Positions 26,436 to 36,742 are shown, counted from the first letter of the stretch. The stretch: DNA of 64,000 nt from a virus (IMGVR_UViG_3300030433_001936:10760-74759), one strand, 5' to 3'. A program made the numbers and translations. Notes: a model not told the origin generated them from the letters alone.

Positions 26436-27059
26436 ATGAATGAATTGAAAGAACCAAAGCAAATGATTGATGAAGAGCATGAAGAGATTACTATGTCAAA
26501 GGCGGGGTGGGTTCATTTGAACTACATCAATGTCTGCCGACAATATCGGGCTAGTGATTTCATCAAAGCACGAAGACCAATGGACTCGCACTATCTCTTC
26601 GGAGTATTGGATGAGTTGTTCCACGACAATGGTGGACGGCACTTGGAAGCATTCGTTCACTTGTTCATTCAAGATGAACCTGACCATGACTGTGAAGACG
26701 AAGACTTTGATGAGTGGGAAGACGAATGTGGTGGTTGCAACCATATGCACAGGGCTGACAATCGTGGTATGACTGACCAATTCATGAGCGAGTTTGAAGA
26801 CTTCTGTGCGGGGTTCAAGATGACATGGATGATGGGTGGTGAATCACTACCGCTTGAACAAAAGCGAATGATGTTCCCACTCATCGTTGACTTCGTCAAC
26901 CGCACTCGGGACTTCTTGATTGATGACGAAAGCGATGACACCAAGTACATTGGTCGTTGGACTATGCGAAAATTGGATTCCAAATATCCACTGTTCTTTG
27001 GCAACGATGCCATTGATAACTACATCTCCACATACACTGTGAAGGAGGAAGAAGAATGA
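26436..27059 (+). CDS. Hypothetical acidic protein
   Basis: ORF behind the promoter; ends EEEE. Confidence 0.7.
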   Translation: MNELKEPKQMIDEEHEEITMSKAGWVHLNYINVCRQYRASDFIKARRPMDSHYLFGVLDELFHDNGGRHLEAFVHLFIQDEPDHDCEDEDFDEWEDECGGCNHMHRADNRGMTDQFMSEFEDFCAGFKMTWMMGGESLPLEQKRMMFPLIVDFVNRTRDFLIDDESDDTKYIGRWTMRKLDSKYPLFFGNDAIDNYISTYTVKEEEE

Positions 27060-27313
27060 ACGGAGAAGAGAAACACATACACGAAATTGTACGAAAATGG
27101 AAGCGACAACATGGGGGAAGCGGTGGTGAAACTGCTATCGTGAAACTCATCAAAGCCATGTGCGACTGTGGTCTGACATCAGCATGCATTGGTGTCCTCG
27201 GACAAGGATGGCAACATGACATCAAGACCGTACTCGCTGACCAAGATGCACTTGACCGTGTGGCTCGCCACTTGTGGTGGGGCGAAGACCCAGCAAAGGA
27301 GGAAGAAGAATGA
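27056..27313 (+). CDS. Hypothetical protein
   Basis: Coupled ORF; ends EEEE. Confidence 0.65.
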   Translation: MNGEEKHIHEIVRKWKRQHGGSGGETAIVKLIKAMCDCGLTSACIGVLGQGWQHDIKTVLADQDALDRVARHLWWGEDPAKEEEE

Positions 27314-27618
27314 GGCGAAGGATGAACACACTAAGCGGAAACGGATGCAGTCTTGACCATGCAATGTTGATTGATGTATTGACAATCACACTTGAGCAGG
27401 GTCGTGAACAGATTCGTATCATGATGGCTGAAGCCAATGGTCTTGATGGCAGGTTGTTGCATATCAAGTGGGAACGGATTGAACAAATGGTTCAACATAT
27501 ATCTGATGTGGCTTCGTTGCTTCATGTGCTTCAGCACATGACCACTGACAAAAGACAAGAAGGATTCCGATGGGAAAACCTACCACTAACCGAAGGAGAT
27601 GAAAACAATGATGAGTAA
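27310..27618 (+). CDS. Hypothetical helical protein
   Basis: Coupled ORF. Confidence 0.6.
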   Translation: MRRRMNTLSGNGCSLDHAMLIDVLTITLEQGREQIRIMMAEANGLDGRLLHIKWERIEQMVQHISDVASLLHVLQHMTTDKRQEGFRWENLPLTEGDENNDE

Positions 27619-28192
27619 AGGAATATGCACGGGAGAAAACAAGTACGCTGAAAGCCGAGTATATGTGGCATGCCTCGGATGCTACAACGAAGGAAGGCTG
27701 ACAGGGAAGACGATGACATCAAACGAACTATCGGAAGCGTTGTTGAAAGCCAACGACTATGATGGTGATGAGTGGCATTTGCATCTTCATGGATGCAATC
27801 AGCCTGACCATGATGAGTGGGCTATCCATGATTATGATGGGGACATCGCTAGGGTGATGTCATCGGAACACCCCGACCTTCCAGACCTGATATGGATGAT
27901 GGACTTCGTTGATACTCAAACCAATGCCGTTCCTGCCATTCAGTTGGCATGGGGTATCCACAACATTCCAACGCCTGATGACATTGAACATGTCTATGAG
28001 AACATGGAAATCATAGAAGACATTGCTGATTGGGCATATGAAACCTGCAAAGACTGTGGGTATTTTGAAGAACCGAATGGTTGGCATCCAATCAACTACA
28101 TTGATTGGGAACGAGTGGGCAATGATATGCTCATGGATTATCACTACCAACAGTATGGCAACTACACATACGCCATCCACAGTATGGCGTGA
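27599..28192 (+). CDS. ardA: ArdA-like antirestriction (DNA-mimic) protein
   Basis: RVYVACLGCYNEGRLTG, EWAIHDYD, YIDWERVGNDM; strongly acidic. Confidence 0.8.
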   Translation: MKTMMSKGICTGENKYAESRVYVACLGCYNEGRLTGKTMTSNELSEALLKANDYDGDEWHLHLHGCNQPDHDEWAIHDYDGDIARVMSSEHPDLPDLIWMMDFVDTQTNAVPAIQLAWGIHNIPTPDDIEHVYENMEIIEDIADWAYETCKDCGYFEEPNGWHPINYIDWERVGNDMLMDYHYQQYGNYTYAIHSMA

Positions 28193-28219
28193 AATGATGA
28201 TAGTCGTTGAAATGGGGGA

Positions 28220-28456
28220 ATGAACATGGGAAGAACATACAGTTATGAAACAACATGGGAACAGATTGAGACTATGCTTGACAGAGCGGAACGGGAAGCC
28301 AACAGGCATCTATCAGCGTTGAACGCGACCAAAGACCGCCATCAAAAGATGTTTCACATGAGGAACTACAAAGCCTTGCAAGGTGTTATCACTGCACTGC
28401 GTTGGACTCTTGGCGATGTCAGTATCTCCGAGAACAAGTTATTAGGTCGTGATTGA
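28220..28456 (+). CDS. Hypothetical protein
   Basis: 78 aa ORF. Confidence 0.65.
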   Translation: MNMGRTYSYETTWEQIETMLDRAEREANRHLSALNATKDRHQKMFHMRNYKALQGVITALRWTLGDVSISENKLLGRD

Positions 28457-28460
28457 CCGA

Positions 28461-28493
28461 TTAAATACCCCTCAACCGACACCATTTATGGTG
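28461..28493 (+). promoter_or_regulatory. Conserved early promoter
   Basis: TTAAATACCCCTCAACCGACACCATTTATGGTG. Confidence 0.8.
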
Positions 28494-28500
28494 AAAGTGA

Positions 28501-28683
28501 ATGAACGATGAAGAATATGTCATGATGATTACTGACAAGTGCGAAGCAACTGGTCATGTGTGGAAATTGAAGTCCTGCACAGTATGTGCATCCCTTTCTG
28601 CCGATAGATACGGTGGAGAGAACTGTGAGAAATGTGGGGGAGTTCACAGGAAAGGACAAATCTGCCCCCTTTATGGAGAGTGA
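28501..28683 (+). CDS. Small Cys-rich zinc-finger protein
   Basis: CTVC, CEKC, CP. Confidence 0.6.
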   Translation: MNDEEYVMMITDKCEATGHVWKLKSCTVCASLSADRYGGENCEKCGGVHRKGQICPLYGE

Positions 28684-28687
28684 AACG

Positions 28688-28996
28688 ATGACGAAGAAAC
28701 TAAACTTAACCGTTGAATGTGCCGATGGATACCGTATATCCATTCAAGCGAGCCAATATCACTACTGTAGTCCCCGTGTGGATTATCCATTGGATGGATA
28801 CACTGTAGTGGAATTGGGCTTCCCTTCGGAAGCCGATGATTTGATTCAACCATATGCAGAATCACCAGACGACCCGTGTGGAACTGTATATGGATTCGTG
28901 CCATCTAGTGTGGTGCTTGAACTGTTGACCAAACATGGCGGGATGGTCAAGGGAGAATTACCGCCACTAAACACAAAAGGAAGTGAAGAAGAATGA
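28688..28996 (+). CDS. Conserved phage-type hypothetical protein
   Basis: CADGYRISIQAS..HYCSPR..VELGFPS..VYGFVP pattern. Confidence 0.7.
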   Translation: MTKKLNLTVECADGYRISIQASQYHYCSPRVDYPLDGYTVVELGFPSEADDLIQPYAESPDDPCGTVYGFVPSSVVLELLTKHGGMVKGELPPLNTKGSEEE

Positions 28997-29370
28997 GCGA
29001 AGCGAAGAGAATAATTGGAACGATTGCCAATGGACTGAAGGATGGAGATGAGTTTCATTTCCATTATTTTGACAAGCCTGTTGGTTGCCAGATAACCAGT
29101 TGGAATGGAGAGAACGACAGTGCATCCTGCATCAACATATGGATGGATGGAAGCACTTCAGCATACATCAGCAATGGTGGCATGAGCAACGAGTACGCTG
29201 CCCTGATTGTGGTGCAGACCATCGTTGAACATGTTGTTGAGAAGGACTACGGTGATGGCAAAGCCCATCAAATTCATGCTGAATTTTGGGAGTCAATTGA
29301 CACTGACCCGTGGCTCAATGCCATTTGGATGGAGAACGCAGACAACAGGAAGAAGGAGGAAGAAGAATGA
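28993..29370 (+). CDS. Hypothetical protein
   Basis: Coupled ORF ending EEEE. Confidence 0.7.
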   Translation: MSEAKRIIGTIANGLKDGDEFHFHYFDKPVGCQITSWNGENDSASCINIWMDGSTSAYISNGGMSNEYAALIVVQTIVEHVVEKDYGDGKAHQIHAEFWESIDTDPWLNAIWMENADNRKKEEEE

Positions 29371-29783
29371 AGGCGATGACGCAAAATGGAGAAATGGAAG
29401 TCATTCCATATGACTTCAGCGAATGGAAAGAGAATGATGATGATGGCTACACACAGATGTGTGTCTGGCCTAGTACCATCGTTGAGCCTTGTGATGAAGA
29501 AAAAGTGCAGGAATGGTTCACGGAAGCATTCGGATTGAAGAATCCAGTCCACATAGTGGGTTGTGTTATCACACAACCAGACAAAGTGAATGGAGAACCT
29601 GTGCCAGATACGGGTGGTCGTTGCGACTTCCTGTTCTTTGTACACAATGATGACATTGGCAGGTTCGCAGTACCACGATTACAGTATGGAATATCGTGGT
29701 GGGAAGATGTCGTTGGCAACAAGAGGCACAAGATATATCCGAGCAGTTTCTTGAGTGAAGCGAAAGAGGTGTACTCGTGGTAA
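29367..29783 (+). CDS. Hypothetical protein
   Basis: GGRCDFLFFVHNDDIGRFAVPRLQYGISWWED. Confidence 0.7.
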   Translation: MKAMTQNGEMEVIPYDFSEWKENDDDGYTQMCVWPSTIVEPCDEEKVQEWFTEAFGLKNPVHIVGCVITQPDKVNGEPVPDTGGRCDFLFFVHNDDIGRFAVPRLQYGISWWEDVVGNKRHKIYPSSFLSEAKEVYSW

Positions 29784-29802
29784 GGGGATGGTGTTGGGGT
29801 CA

Positions 29803-29836
29803 TTAAATACCCCTCCCCGACCACCATAAATGGTGG
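29803..29836 (+). promoter_or_regulatory. Conserved early promoter
   Basis: TTAAATACCCCTCCCCGA-CCACCAT-AA-ATGGTGG. Confidence 0.8.
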
Positions 29837-29876
29837 GGAACACCAACAAACAACCAAAGAAAAAAGGTGAAGAAAA

Positions 29877-30644
29877 ATGAGCGAAGGAAACGAAGCAAAC
29901 AACGAAGCAAGCAACGGAACAAACATGATTGAGTTGGGTATTCAAGCGGTTGTCAAAGACGCTGTTGATGCCAAGTTCAATGATTGGGTGCAGTCGGGAT
30001 TTGACCCGTCAGCAATCAACCCCAAGTTGTCCGATGAACAGATTGAGCAAGTGAAGGAAGCCATCATGGATGACATCTTGGATGACCTTGACATTGATGC
30101 GATTGTCAGCAACATCACCGATGGTGATACCGATTGGGTTTGGGAAGTCGTCCAAAACAAGTTCTCAAACGGACACATTGACCTATCAGATTACATTGAT
30201 GCTGATGACATGTTGTACCACATGAGCAGTTATGACCTTTGGGAAAAGGTTTCAGACCACATTGATTACGATGACATTGCCTACAACCTTGATGTTGATG
30301 ACAAAGTGGTATCTGCATTGCAGGATTATGCCAATGGTGGTGGATGTGAAGAAGTCGGCAGAATTGCATGGCGTGGTCTTGAACACTGTGCCAACCAATC
30401 CGACAACAAATATGTCATCCTGACCCGTGAAGACTATGACCGAATCATGGAAGTGGTGAACATGATTAAGCCACTGCCACCACAGCCTCCGACCAACCGT
30501 GATGTTGTGGATGGACTTGTCGCTAACATGGATGTTGCCGAACTCCAAGCGATGATTGCCGTGTCTGTTGCTGACAAAGCCAAGCGTGATGCCGAAGCAC
30601 AAACAACCGAAGGTGGTTCTGATGGCAATTCAGATAACAACTGA
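29877..30644 (+). CDS. Highly acidic helical-repeat protein
   Basis: Repeated D-(Y/H/L)-I-D-x-D-D units. Confidence 0.75.
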   Translation: MSEGNEANNEASNGTNMIELGIQAVVKDAVDAKFNDWVQSGFDPSAINPKLSDEQIEQVKEAIMDDILDDLDIDAIVSNITDGDTDWVWEVVQNKFSNGHIDLSDYIDADDMLYHMSSYDLWEKVSDHIDYDDIAYNLDVDDKVVSALQDYANGGGCEEVGRIAWRGLEHCANQSDNKYVILTREDYDRIMEVVNMIKPLPPQPPTNRDVVDGLVANMDVAELQAMIAVSVADKAKRDAEAQTTEGGSDGNSDNN

Positions 30645-30921
30645 TGGCAAAATTGTCAAGATGAAAGACCGCCCGACTCTTGCTGAATTGCATGAAGCGG
30701 TTGGTGGCTACATTGAGTATGTACCGATTACCGAGTGGGCAAAGCAACTCACGGGGCATACTCACATGTACTGCAATGACGAAGGAAAATTGATGGGTCT
30801 TGAACCGAATCTTCTCGCCACAGAAATGATGCTTAGCGACAACGATGTTATCGTTGGCAATGTGGTGTTGATGACTGACGATGATGACCTTGACCGTGAA
30901 GCGGATGGGGAGGAAGAATGA
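30622..30921 (+). CDS. DUF3846-like protein
   Basis: TLAELHEAVGGYIE..YCNDEGKL..LEPN..AT..IVGNVV. Confidence 0.75.
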   Translation: MAIQITTDGKIVKMKDRPTLAELHEAVGGYIEYVPITEWAKQLTGHTHMYCNDEGKLMGLEPNLLATEMMLSDNDVIVGNVVLMTDDDDLDREADGEEE

Positions 30922-31118
30922 GTGTCAGTTTCAAACCTGTGCCTTGCGTTATCTGTGGAGCAATTTGTGAATCCCTCCTTGATGAGGATGGGAATGTCCG
31001 ATGGAACATCGGTGAAGAAGCCTGGCCTGTGGCTGATGGTAGGTGTTGCATGGAGTGTTATCATGACCTCGTGCTACCGCGCCGTATCTATGAAACAGAG
31101 CAACCACAAAGGAAGTGA
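30918..31118 (+). CDS. Small Zn-binding protein
   Basis: CVICG..AWPVADGRCCMECY. Confidence 0.65.
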   Translation: MSVSFKPVPCVICGAICESLLDEDGNVRWNIGEEAWPVADGRCCMECYHDLVLPRRIYETEQPQRK

Positions 31119-31124
31119 AGAAAA

Positions 31125-31262
31125 ATGAGTGAAGAAAGAGAGATGAAGACATACACGCTGACCATTATCATGGACGCTGTTGATGAAGACGATTTCGTTG
31201 ACGCAGTTCTTGAGATGAATCACGGTGAACTAAAGCAACATGTGGAGTGTGAAGAAGAATGA
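31125..31262 (+). CDS. Micro-ORF (45 aa, below the ORF-track cutoff)
   Basis: MSEEREMKTYTLTIIMDAVDEDDFVDAVLEMNHGELKQHVECEEE, coupled to the next gene. Confidence 0.5.
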   Translation: MSEEREMKTYTLTIIMDAVDEDDFVDAVLEMNHGELKQHVECEEE

Positions 31263-31612
31263 ATCTATTGGAATTGGCAAAAGAGATTGAAGAACTGAAA
31301 GCAAAGGCGGATGCCTTTGACGACATCTATGCCTATTTGGAATCAAAGGCTCACATGAGTCAGCATGATGCCGATGAGTTCTATGCCGTCCGTTGGTTGA
31401 TGCAGAATCGTGGTGCATCATTGTTTGATGCACCGTTCAACATCGCTTCGTTTGAAGAAGACCCACTGTTGTCTGATTTTGATGATGAGAATTGGGACAT
31501 GAACATGTCCGAAGCCGAAGAACGACGACTGTATCTGTTGGAAAAGGAACGGGTATCAGGTCTTGACAAAGCGGAGTTGTATGAGTTGACATTTGGGAGT
31601 GAAGAAGAATGA
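31259..31612 (+). CDS. Hypothetical acidic protein
   Basis: Coupled ORF ending EEE. Confidence 0.7.
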   Translation: MNLLELAKEIEELKAKADAFDDIYAYLESKAHMSQHDADEFYAVRWLMQNRGASLFDAPFNIASFEEDPLLSDFDDENWDMNMSEAEERRLYLLEKERVSGLDKAELYELTFGSEEE

Positions 31613-31959
31613 ATGAAGATGTGAAGACATACTGTGGAATTGCGGATGCACATGGACTTGAGTCCTTTATGGAATGTGAAGGGATGGGTTCAGCCCCATT
31701 CACTCTGACCATGCGAGCGCAATTGAACCGACAACGACACGCTATGGTCTATTGGGTTGAACTACCCGATGACAAAGCGGATGAAATGAGGAATGCTATC
31801 AAGCAAGCACAAGCGGATGGGAACTGGCATGAGCCATTGTTGCTCTTGAAGAATCCCGACTTCTGTGAAACAGTGTCATTTGAACATGACATGCGGAACA
31901 GTTGGGATATGATACCCAATGACAGACTTGACCCTTATTGGGGAGGTGAAGAAGAATGA
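31609..31959 (+). CDS. Hypothetical protein
   Basis: Coupled ORF ending EEE. Confidence 0.7.
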   Translation: MNEDVKTYCGIADAHGLESFMECEGMGSAPFTLTMRAQLNRQRHAMVYWVELPDDKADEMRNAIKQAQADGNWHEPLLLLKNPDFCETVSFEHDMRNSWDMIPNDRLDPYWGGEEE

Positions 31960-32216
31960 CTGTAAAGTGGAAGTGTCCGTGTTGTGGATTTGAAGGTGAT
32001 TGGGAAGACCATGCCATACCTGTTCTTGATGACAAAGATGCGGTCTGTGAACATTGCATCATAATCGTGAAGGGTGGTGCTATATCTGTTGATGCCGACT
32101 TGTGTGAGTTCTGTAGCGATGCATTGGCTGATTGCCGAATCTATGCTGAAGACACACACCGAGTCTGTAAAGCATGCAAAGAGCAGTCGGATAAGGAAAC
32201 GGGGTGGTGGATGTGA
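31956..32216 (+). CDS. Cys-rich zinc-finger protein
   Basis: Five CxxC pairs. Confidence 0.65.
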   Translation: MTVKWKCPCCGFEGDWEDHAIPVLDDKDAVCEHCIIIVKGGAISVDADLCEFCSDALADCRIYAEDTHRVCKACKEQSDKETGWWM

Positions 32217-32728
32217 ATATCTTCGTACTTGATGAAGACCCATTCGTAGCAGCCACTATGATGGACTGTCAGCGTGTGCCGAAGATGATTGTGGAAACCG
32301 CTCAAATGATGGCGTGTGCTGTACTGCGTCATGGTGCTACCGAAGCACAGATGCCATTGACAAAGAAGGGAACGCCATACCGTGGTGGCTACGCCAACCA
32401 CCCATGCAGTAAATGGGCTGGTGATTGCCGTGAAAATTTCCATTGGCTTGCTAAGCATGGCATTGAACTATGTCGTGAATATGAAAAGCGGTTTGGCAAA
32501 AACCATGTCAGTCGTAAAGCCATTGTCAAAATGGGGTTGGTCGGTTTGACACTCATTCCCGAAAACGGTTCTATGACACCGTTTGCTCAAGCCATGCCTG
32601 ACGAGTTCAAGCATGATGATGCCGTTGTCGCATACCGACGATACTACAAATCAAAGGACAATGTTCATTACCGCCACACTGAAGCCCCATCATGGTTCAC
32701 CCAACGGGTGAACCTGTTTGCTTTTTGA
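32204..32728 (+). CDS. denV: Pyrimidine-dimer DNA glycosylase / endonuclease V (DenV-like)
   Basis: NIFVLDEDP..VPKMIVETAQMM..YANHPCSKW..FAQAMPD..AYRRYY. Confidence 0.8.
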   Translation: MVDVNIFVLDEDPFVAATMMDCQRVPKMIVETAQMMACAVLRHGATEAQMPLTKKGTPYRGGYANHPCSKWAGDCRENFHWLAKHGIELCREYEKRFGKNHVSRKAIVKMGLVGLTLIPENGSMTPFAQAMPDEFKHDDAVVAYRRYYKSKDNVHYRHTEAPSWFTQRVNLFAF

Positions 32729-32739
32729 GGTGATTCAAC

Positions 32740-33081
32740 ATGACAGTTGAGAGCAACCCGTATATTGGAGACGCTAATTTCACATGGAAACTAGCACCCA
32801 AAGACATTGATGATGAAGGCATGTACTCATTGGTTGGCATCCGTTCAGACCTCATCGGAACGGAACTCCGTCCACCACCGCCTGACCACAATGACATGTA
32901 TCCAGTCATCGCTATGAAGCGAGCAAAAGACTGCGAAGGATTCAATAGATGCCCATCATGTGCCAAGCGTGTTGAGCCAAACAGACCTGTGTTTGCAGTT
33001 GGTCGGTGGATTGTTCTGCCGTGCCGTTTGTGCAACCAGTGGGTTTGGAAGGCAACAAACGCACTTGAGGGCAACGAATGA
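32740..33081 (+). CDS. Hypothetical protein with a Zn ribbon
   Basis: CPSC..CRLC. Confidence 0.7.
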   Translation: MTVESNPYIGDANFTWKLAPKDIDDEGMYSLVGIRSDLIGTELRPPPPDHNDMYPVIAMKRAKDCEGFNRCPSCAKRVEPNRPVFAVGRWIVLPCRLCNQWVWKATNALEGNE

Positions 33082-33806
33082 GAGAAGAAACCGATTGGCA
33101 ACCAACGGAAGAAGAAGTGGCGTGGACTCGCGCTGCTGTTGAACAGTTAGATGATGACGGTGGCGTATGGTCGCCACATGGTCTTGAATACCAGCGTCAT
33201 GGCAACTCGCTGAAACTCGTCAGCATGGTGCATCATGCGGGTACAGTGGAAGCCCACTCCCGCATCTGCAAAGTCATGGATGATATGGGGTGGGCTGTGC
33301 ATGATGATAGTGTTGAGCGTGTATCACACGAAGTCCCACCCGAACTGATTGCTTCCCAACAGGAAGAGGAACTGAAGCGTATCCAACACATCGTATCTGG
33401 ATGGCTTTGCACTAACGAAGAGTGTGGAGAACATATCGTCAACATGCCACTACATGATGTGGCGTGGGTCAATCACGGAAAACAACCGTTTGTCAATCCC
33501 CAAACAGGGGACGAAGGGGAAGCCGACAGGTGGCTTGCCCACATTCACTGCCACAGTTGTGGTACAGAGATTCAGATGAACCCGCTAGACTATGGCTATA
33601 TCGCGGGCGAGGATTTGTTTTACACTTGGAGATACAGTCCCACGCATGCGTGGCGAGTTCTGACAAGAGAATCAACGGTTGCTTTGATAGACTCGGGTGA
33701 GTCTGGCACAGCACTGGGTTCATTCTATGATGATAATGAGGTGCCTCCCCACATGCAAGGCACATATTGTCAACAGATTCTGTTATCAGAACTTGAAGAA
33801 GAATGA
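33078..33806 (+). CDS. Hypothetical protein
   Basis: 242 aa; CTNEEC..CHSC. Confidence 0.75.
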   Translation: MREETDWQPTEEEVAWTRAAVEQLDDDGGVWSPHGLEYQRHGNSLKLVSMVHHAGTVEAHSRICKVMDDMGWAVHDDSVERVSHEVPPELIASQQEEELKRIQHIVSGWLCTNEECGEHIVNMPLHDVAWVNHGKQPFVNPQTGDEGEADRWLAHIHCHSCGTEIQMNPLDYGYIAGEDLFYTWRYSPTHAWRVLTRESTVALIDSGESGTALGSFYDDNEVPPHMQGTYCQQILLSELEEE

Positions 33807-33826
33807 CCCCAAAAATTGTCCGTCCA

Positions 33827-33860
33827 TTAAATACCCCTCAACCCCCACCATATATGGTGG
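33827..33860 (+). promoter_or_regulatory. Conserved early promoter
   Basis: TTAAATACCCCTCAACCC-CCACCATATATGGTGG (perfect 16 bp palindrome). Confidence 0.8.
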
Positions 33861-33866
33861 AAACCA

Positions 33867-35567
33867 ATGGAAAAGAAAGGAAACCAAAGAATTGTGATTG
33901 TTGGTGATATTGAATCGTCAAACGATAAGCAAACAAAAGTACGATATGAAGCGATTGGCGGTCAACGGATTTGTTATATCCCTCGGCAAGCCATGATTTC
34001 AACGACCAAGACCTCTGACGGCAAAACCGCATTCTTGATTGAGTCATGCGACTTGCAACATGGAAGATATGACATCCATCAGCAGTTCGCTGATGTTAGA
34101 GCGCCACAAATCGTTGATGCAGAACACATTGAAGCCGTTGAAGTCCTTGAGCATGGGGAAGACGGCGCTGAAGAAGTCTTGAACAAGCCTATCCAACCCC
34201 CAACGGGTGGTTTGTTCAGCATCGCTAATGGTGGTGCAAACAACGACATCAGCGATGATGAAGAAGATTGGGATGACGAAGTCATGCCAACGGATGTAGG
34301 CTCATCCATTGAGATTAGCACGATGGATGTTGGTGGCAATGACCCCGTTTGGAACGGGGCGTTGACGAAGGGTGGTCGTGATGAGTTGGCTGCTCATGAC
34401 TGGCGATTTGAGCCAACCATGAAGCCGTTGTTCTCGGCTATCCAAGAAAACGAAAACATGGCACCTACCTTCAGCCCTGTGAACGATGCCAAAGGCAACC
34501 CAATGGCATTCGGTGTCTTCAATCCGACCTATGCATCTGAAGCCCGCCCCGAAGGGGCGTTGCTTTCAACGGTGTCTAAGGATTATTTCCCTGTGTCATA
34601 CCCAACGGTCTTTGACCCGTTGCTTGACATGTCTGCAAAGCATGGTTGGAAGGCTTCAGTTACTGCATACAACGAAGGTGGCAAAGCCCGTTTGGATTGT
34701 GATGTATCACAAGCCACGCAATCAAAGCAACTCGCTGCTCAACGCTTGAAGGACAAAGGACACGCATGGATTAGCACTGATGTCTTCAACGACACCGCCA
34801 AGTCCCTTGACGGTCTTTACCGATATGGGTTCAGCGTCAACAACTCGCTTGACGGCACTCGTGCCTTGTCGGTTCAAGCCGTAGCAATGCGTGTGTATTG
34901 TACCAACCTTGCGGTGATGGGCAATTCACAAACCATCGCTGCTCTGCGACACCGTAAAGGTGTCATGCAAGACCGCAACTGGAACTCGTTTGCAACGAAG
35001 GTCAACGACATCATCATGGACGCACAGAACTCATTGATTGAGATGGAATTCATGCAACACATCCCTGTGGATGTTCAATTGTTTGAACGCTTGATGACCC
35101 TTTGTGAAACAAAGGGATTGATGTCCTGGCCTGCAAAGAAGCCTGACATCGTCAACGGAAAGAATGTCGGTGAAAAATTGACTGGAGGACACATGTGGCG
35201 ACTAGCAATGGATGGTTGGACGAAGCCCCAAAACGAATGGGTCAATGTCAGCGATGAGCAAAGTGGCACACTATACCACGCTTACAATGTTCTGAACGGT
35301 GCAATCACCCACCGTCCCGAGTGGTCTGATGGAAAGACGACCTTGAAGGGTCGTGCGGTTGGCTTTGACACCCTCAACCGAAGGTTGGGAACTGTTCACA
35401 ATGTCATGACCGACATCCTTCACACTGCTGCTAACGATTACCGCGTTGAAACTGGCGCAAAGAAAATCGGGTTTGACGAATTGAAGGACTTCAATTCATA
35501 CATCAAGTCGGACGGACTTGGTGTGCTAAACGACATTCCAATGGCATCCGAGGTCTTGAACATCTGA
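33867..35567 (+). CDS. DUF932-family protein with an N-terminal extension
   Basis: VSKDYFPVSYPTVF, NSLDGTRAL..AMRVYCTNL, TLYHAYNVLN. Confidence 0.7.
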   Translation: MEKKGNQRIVIVGDIESSNDKQTKVRYEAIGGQRICYIPRQAMISTTKTSDGKTAFLIESCDLQHGRYDIHQQFADVRAPQIVDAEHIEAVEVLEHGEDGAEEVLNKPIQPPTGGLFSIANGGANNDISDDEEDWDDEVMPTDVGSSIEISTMDVGGNDPVWNGALTKGGRDELAAHDWRFEPTMKPLFSAIQENENMAPTFSPVNDAKGNPMAFGVFNPTYASEARPEGALLSTVSKDYFPVSYPTVFDPLLDMSAKHGWKASVTAYNEGGKARLDCDVSQATQSKQLAAQRLKDKGHAWISTDVFNDTAKSLDGLYRYGFSVNNSLDGTRALSVQAVAMRVYCTNLAVMGNSQTIAALRHRKGVMQDRNWNSFATKVNDIIMDAQNSLIEMEFMQHIPVDVQLFERLMTLCETKGLMSWPAKKPDIVNGKNVGEKLTGGHMWRLAMDGWTKPQNEWVNVSDEQSGTLYHAYNVLNGAITHRPEWSDGKTTLKGRAVGFDTLNRRLGTVHNVMTDILHTAANDYRVETGAKKIGFDELKDFNSYIKSDGLGVLNDIPMASEVLNI

Positions 35568-35608
35568 TGACCATTTGAAACACACAAAACAAAAGGAAGT
35601 GAAAACAC

Positions 35609-36742
35609 ATGAGTACGAGAGGAAGAAGAGTGAAAGCGATTGCACGGAGCATTGAGTTGATTGACCTTGTCAGCAATGACGAGGGACATAGTCATGCATA
35701 CTACCGTGAGAAAATGGGGTGGACTGCTGGCGAAATGCAAACAGCGGTGCGCTATGCTTTGGAAGACAAACAGTTGCGTCAAGTCGGCAATCGCCGTAGC
35801 GCCAAACTGTATGCACCGTTTGGTGATGTCAGCGAAGAAGAAGCGGAACAAAAGGATACGAGTCTTCGTATCCCACTAGCATGCACCGAAGACTGTTCAT
35901 ACTGTCAACAAGCACCCGTTGAACAATTGGTGTACAATGTTGACGATGATGGCAATGTTGACATGAGTATCAAAGCGAGATACGCTGTTGGTCTGCGTCA
36001 GACATTCCACCTGTGTCGCAGTTGTATGAACCACCGTCTTCCATCGTCAGCCGAGTATCATGAGGATACTGCGGGGTATGGTGAATGGCAAGGACTTTCA
36101 CAAGTCGGGGTGCAACAAGTGTTGCGAGCCAAAGAGTGGAAGATTCTGCAGATTGATGATGATTACAGCGACATGGGTTGCACCACATCAGCAATGTGTT
36201 TGATTGTTGAGCAACTTGATGAGCATGGTGAAGAAACGGACTTCCCCGATGTGTACATTCGGTTCACATTCCCTCAAATGGTTGATGGCTCAAGTCCAAG
36301 TGGAAAAGTGCCAAACGGTCAAACATCGTTTGCCCGTGGCTACCGCTACATCCAACGGATGTTCAGCAATCCAGATGCATTGTTGGGTCAGCGAGTTACT
36401 GTATCCCGTGAATGGAATCGTGGAAAGAAAGGATGGTTCTGGTCATGGACTCCGTTCCCACGCATCCCGACTCAAGTCATTCGTTCCAACCGATTCATGG
36501 CGGATGTTGCCACCACAGTGGCTAACGACATCCCACCTCATGATGTTTCAGTACCCGAACACCACATTCACACCATCATGGATGATGGTGAGTTCACGGT
36601 CATCAAAATCAAGAAGAATTTGCACACAGTCTCCGATACACGATACGAGCATCTCCGTGATGCCGTCATGGATTTCCTACAGGGGGAATGCACAATCGTG
36701 GATTTGAGCGAAACACTGAAAGAAACGGAAGGTGATGAATGA
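35609..36742 (+). CDS. wHTH + Zn-finger protein
   Basis: N-terminal helix-turn-helix-wing pattern; CTEDCSYC, CRSC. Confidence 0.7.
   Translation: MSTRGRRVKAIARSIELIDLVSNDEGHSHAYYREKMGWTAGEMQTAVRYALEDKQLRQVGNRRSAKLYAPFGDVSEEEAEQKDTSLRIPLACTEDCSYCQQAPVEQLVYNVDDDGNVDMSIKARYAVGLRQTFHLCRSCMNHRLPSSAEYHEDTAGYGEWQGLSQVGVQQVLRAKEWKILQIDDDYSDMGCTTSAMCLIVEQLDEHGEETDFPDVYIRFTFPQMVDGSSPSGKVPNGQTSFARGYRYIQRMFSNPDALLGQRVTVSREWNRGKKGWFWSWTPFPRIPTQVIRSNRFMADVATTVANDIPPHDVSVPEHHIHTIMDDGEFTVIKIKKNLHTVSDTRYEHLRDAVMDFLQGECTIVDLSETLKETEGDE

Noticed and set aside
32204-32728. DenV as a novel finding
   Set aside because: UV-repair glycosylases are common in surface-ocean viruses; listed as a feature only.
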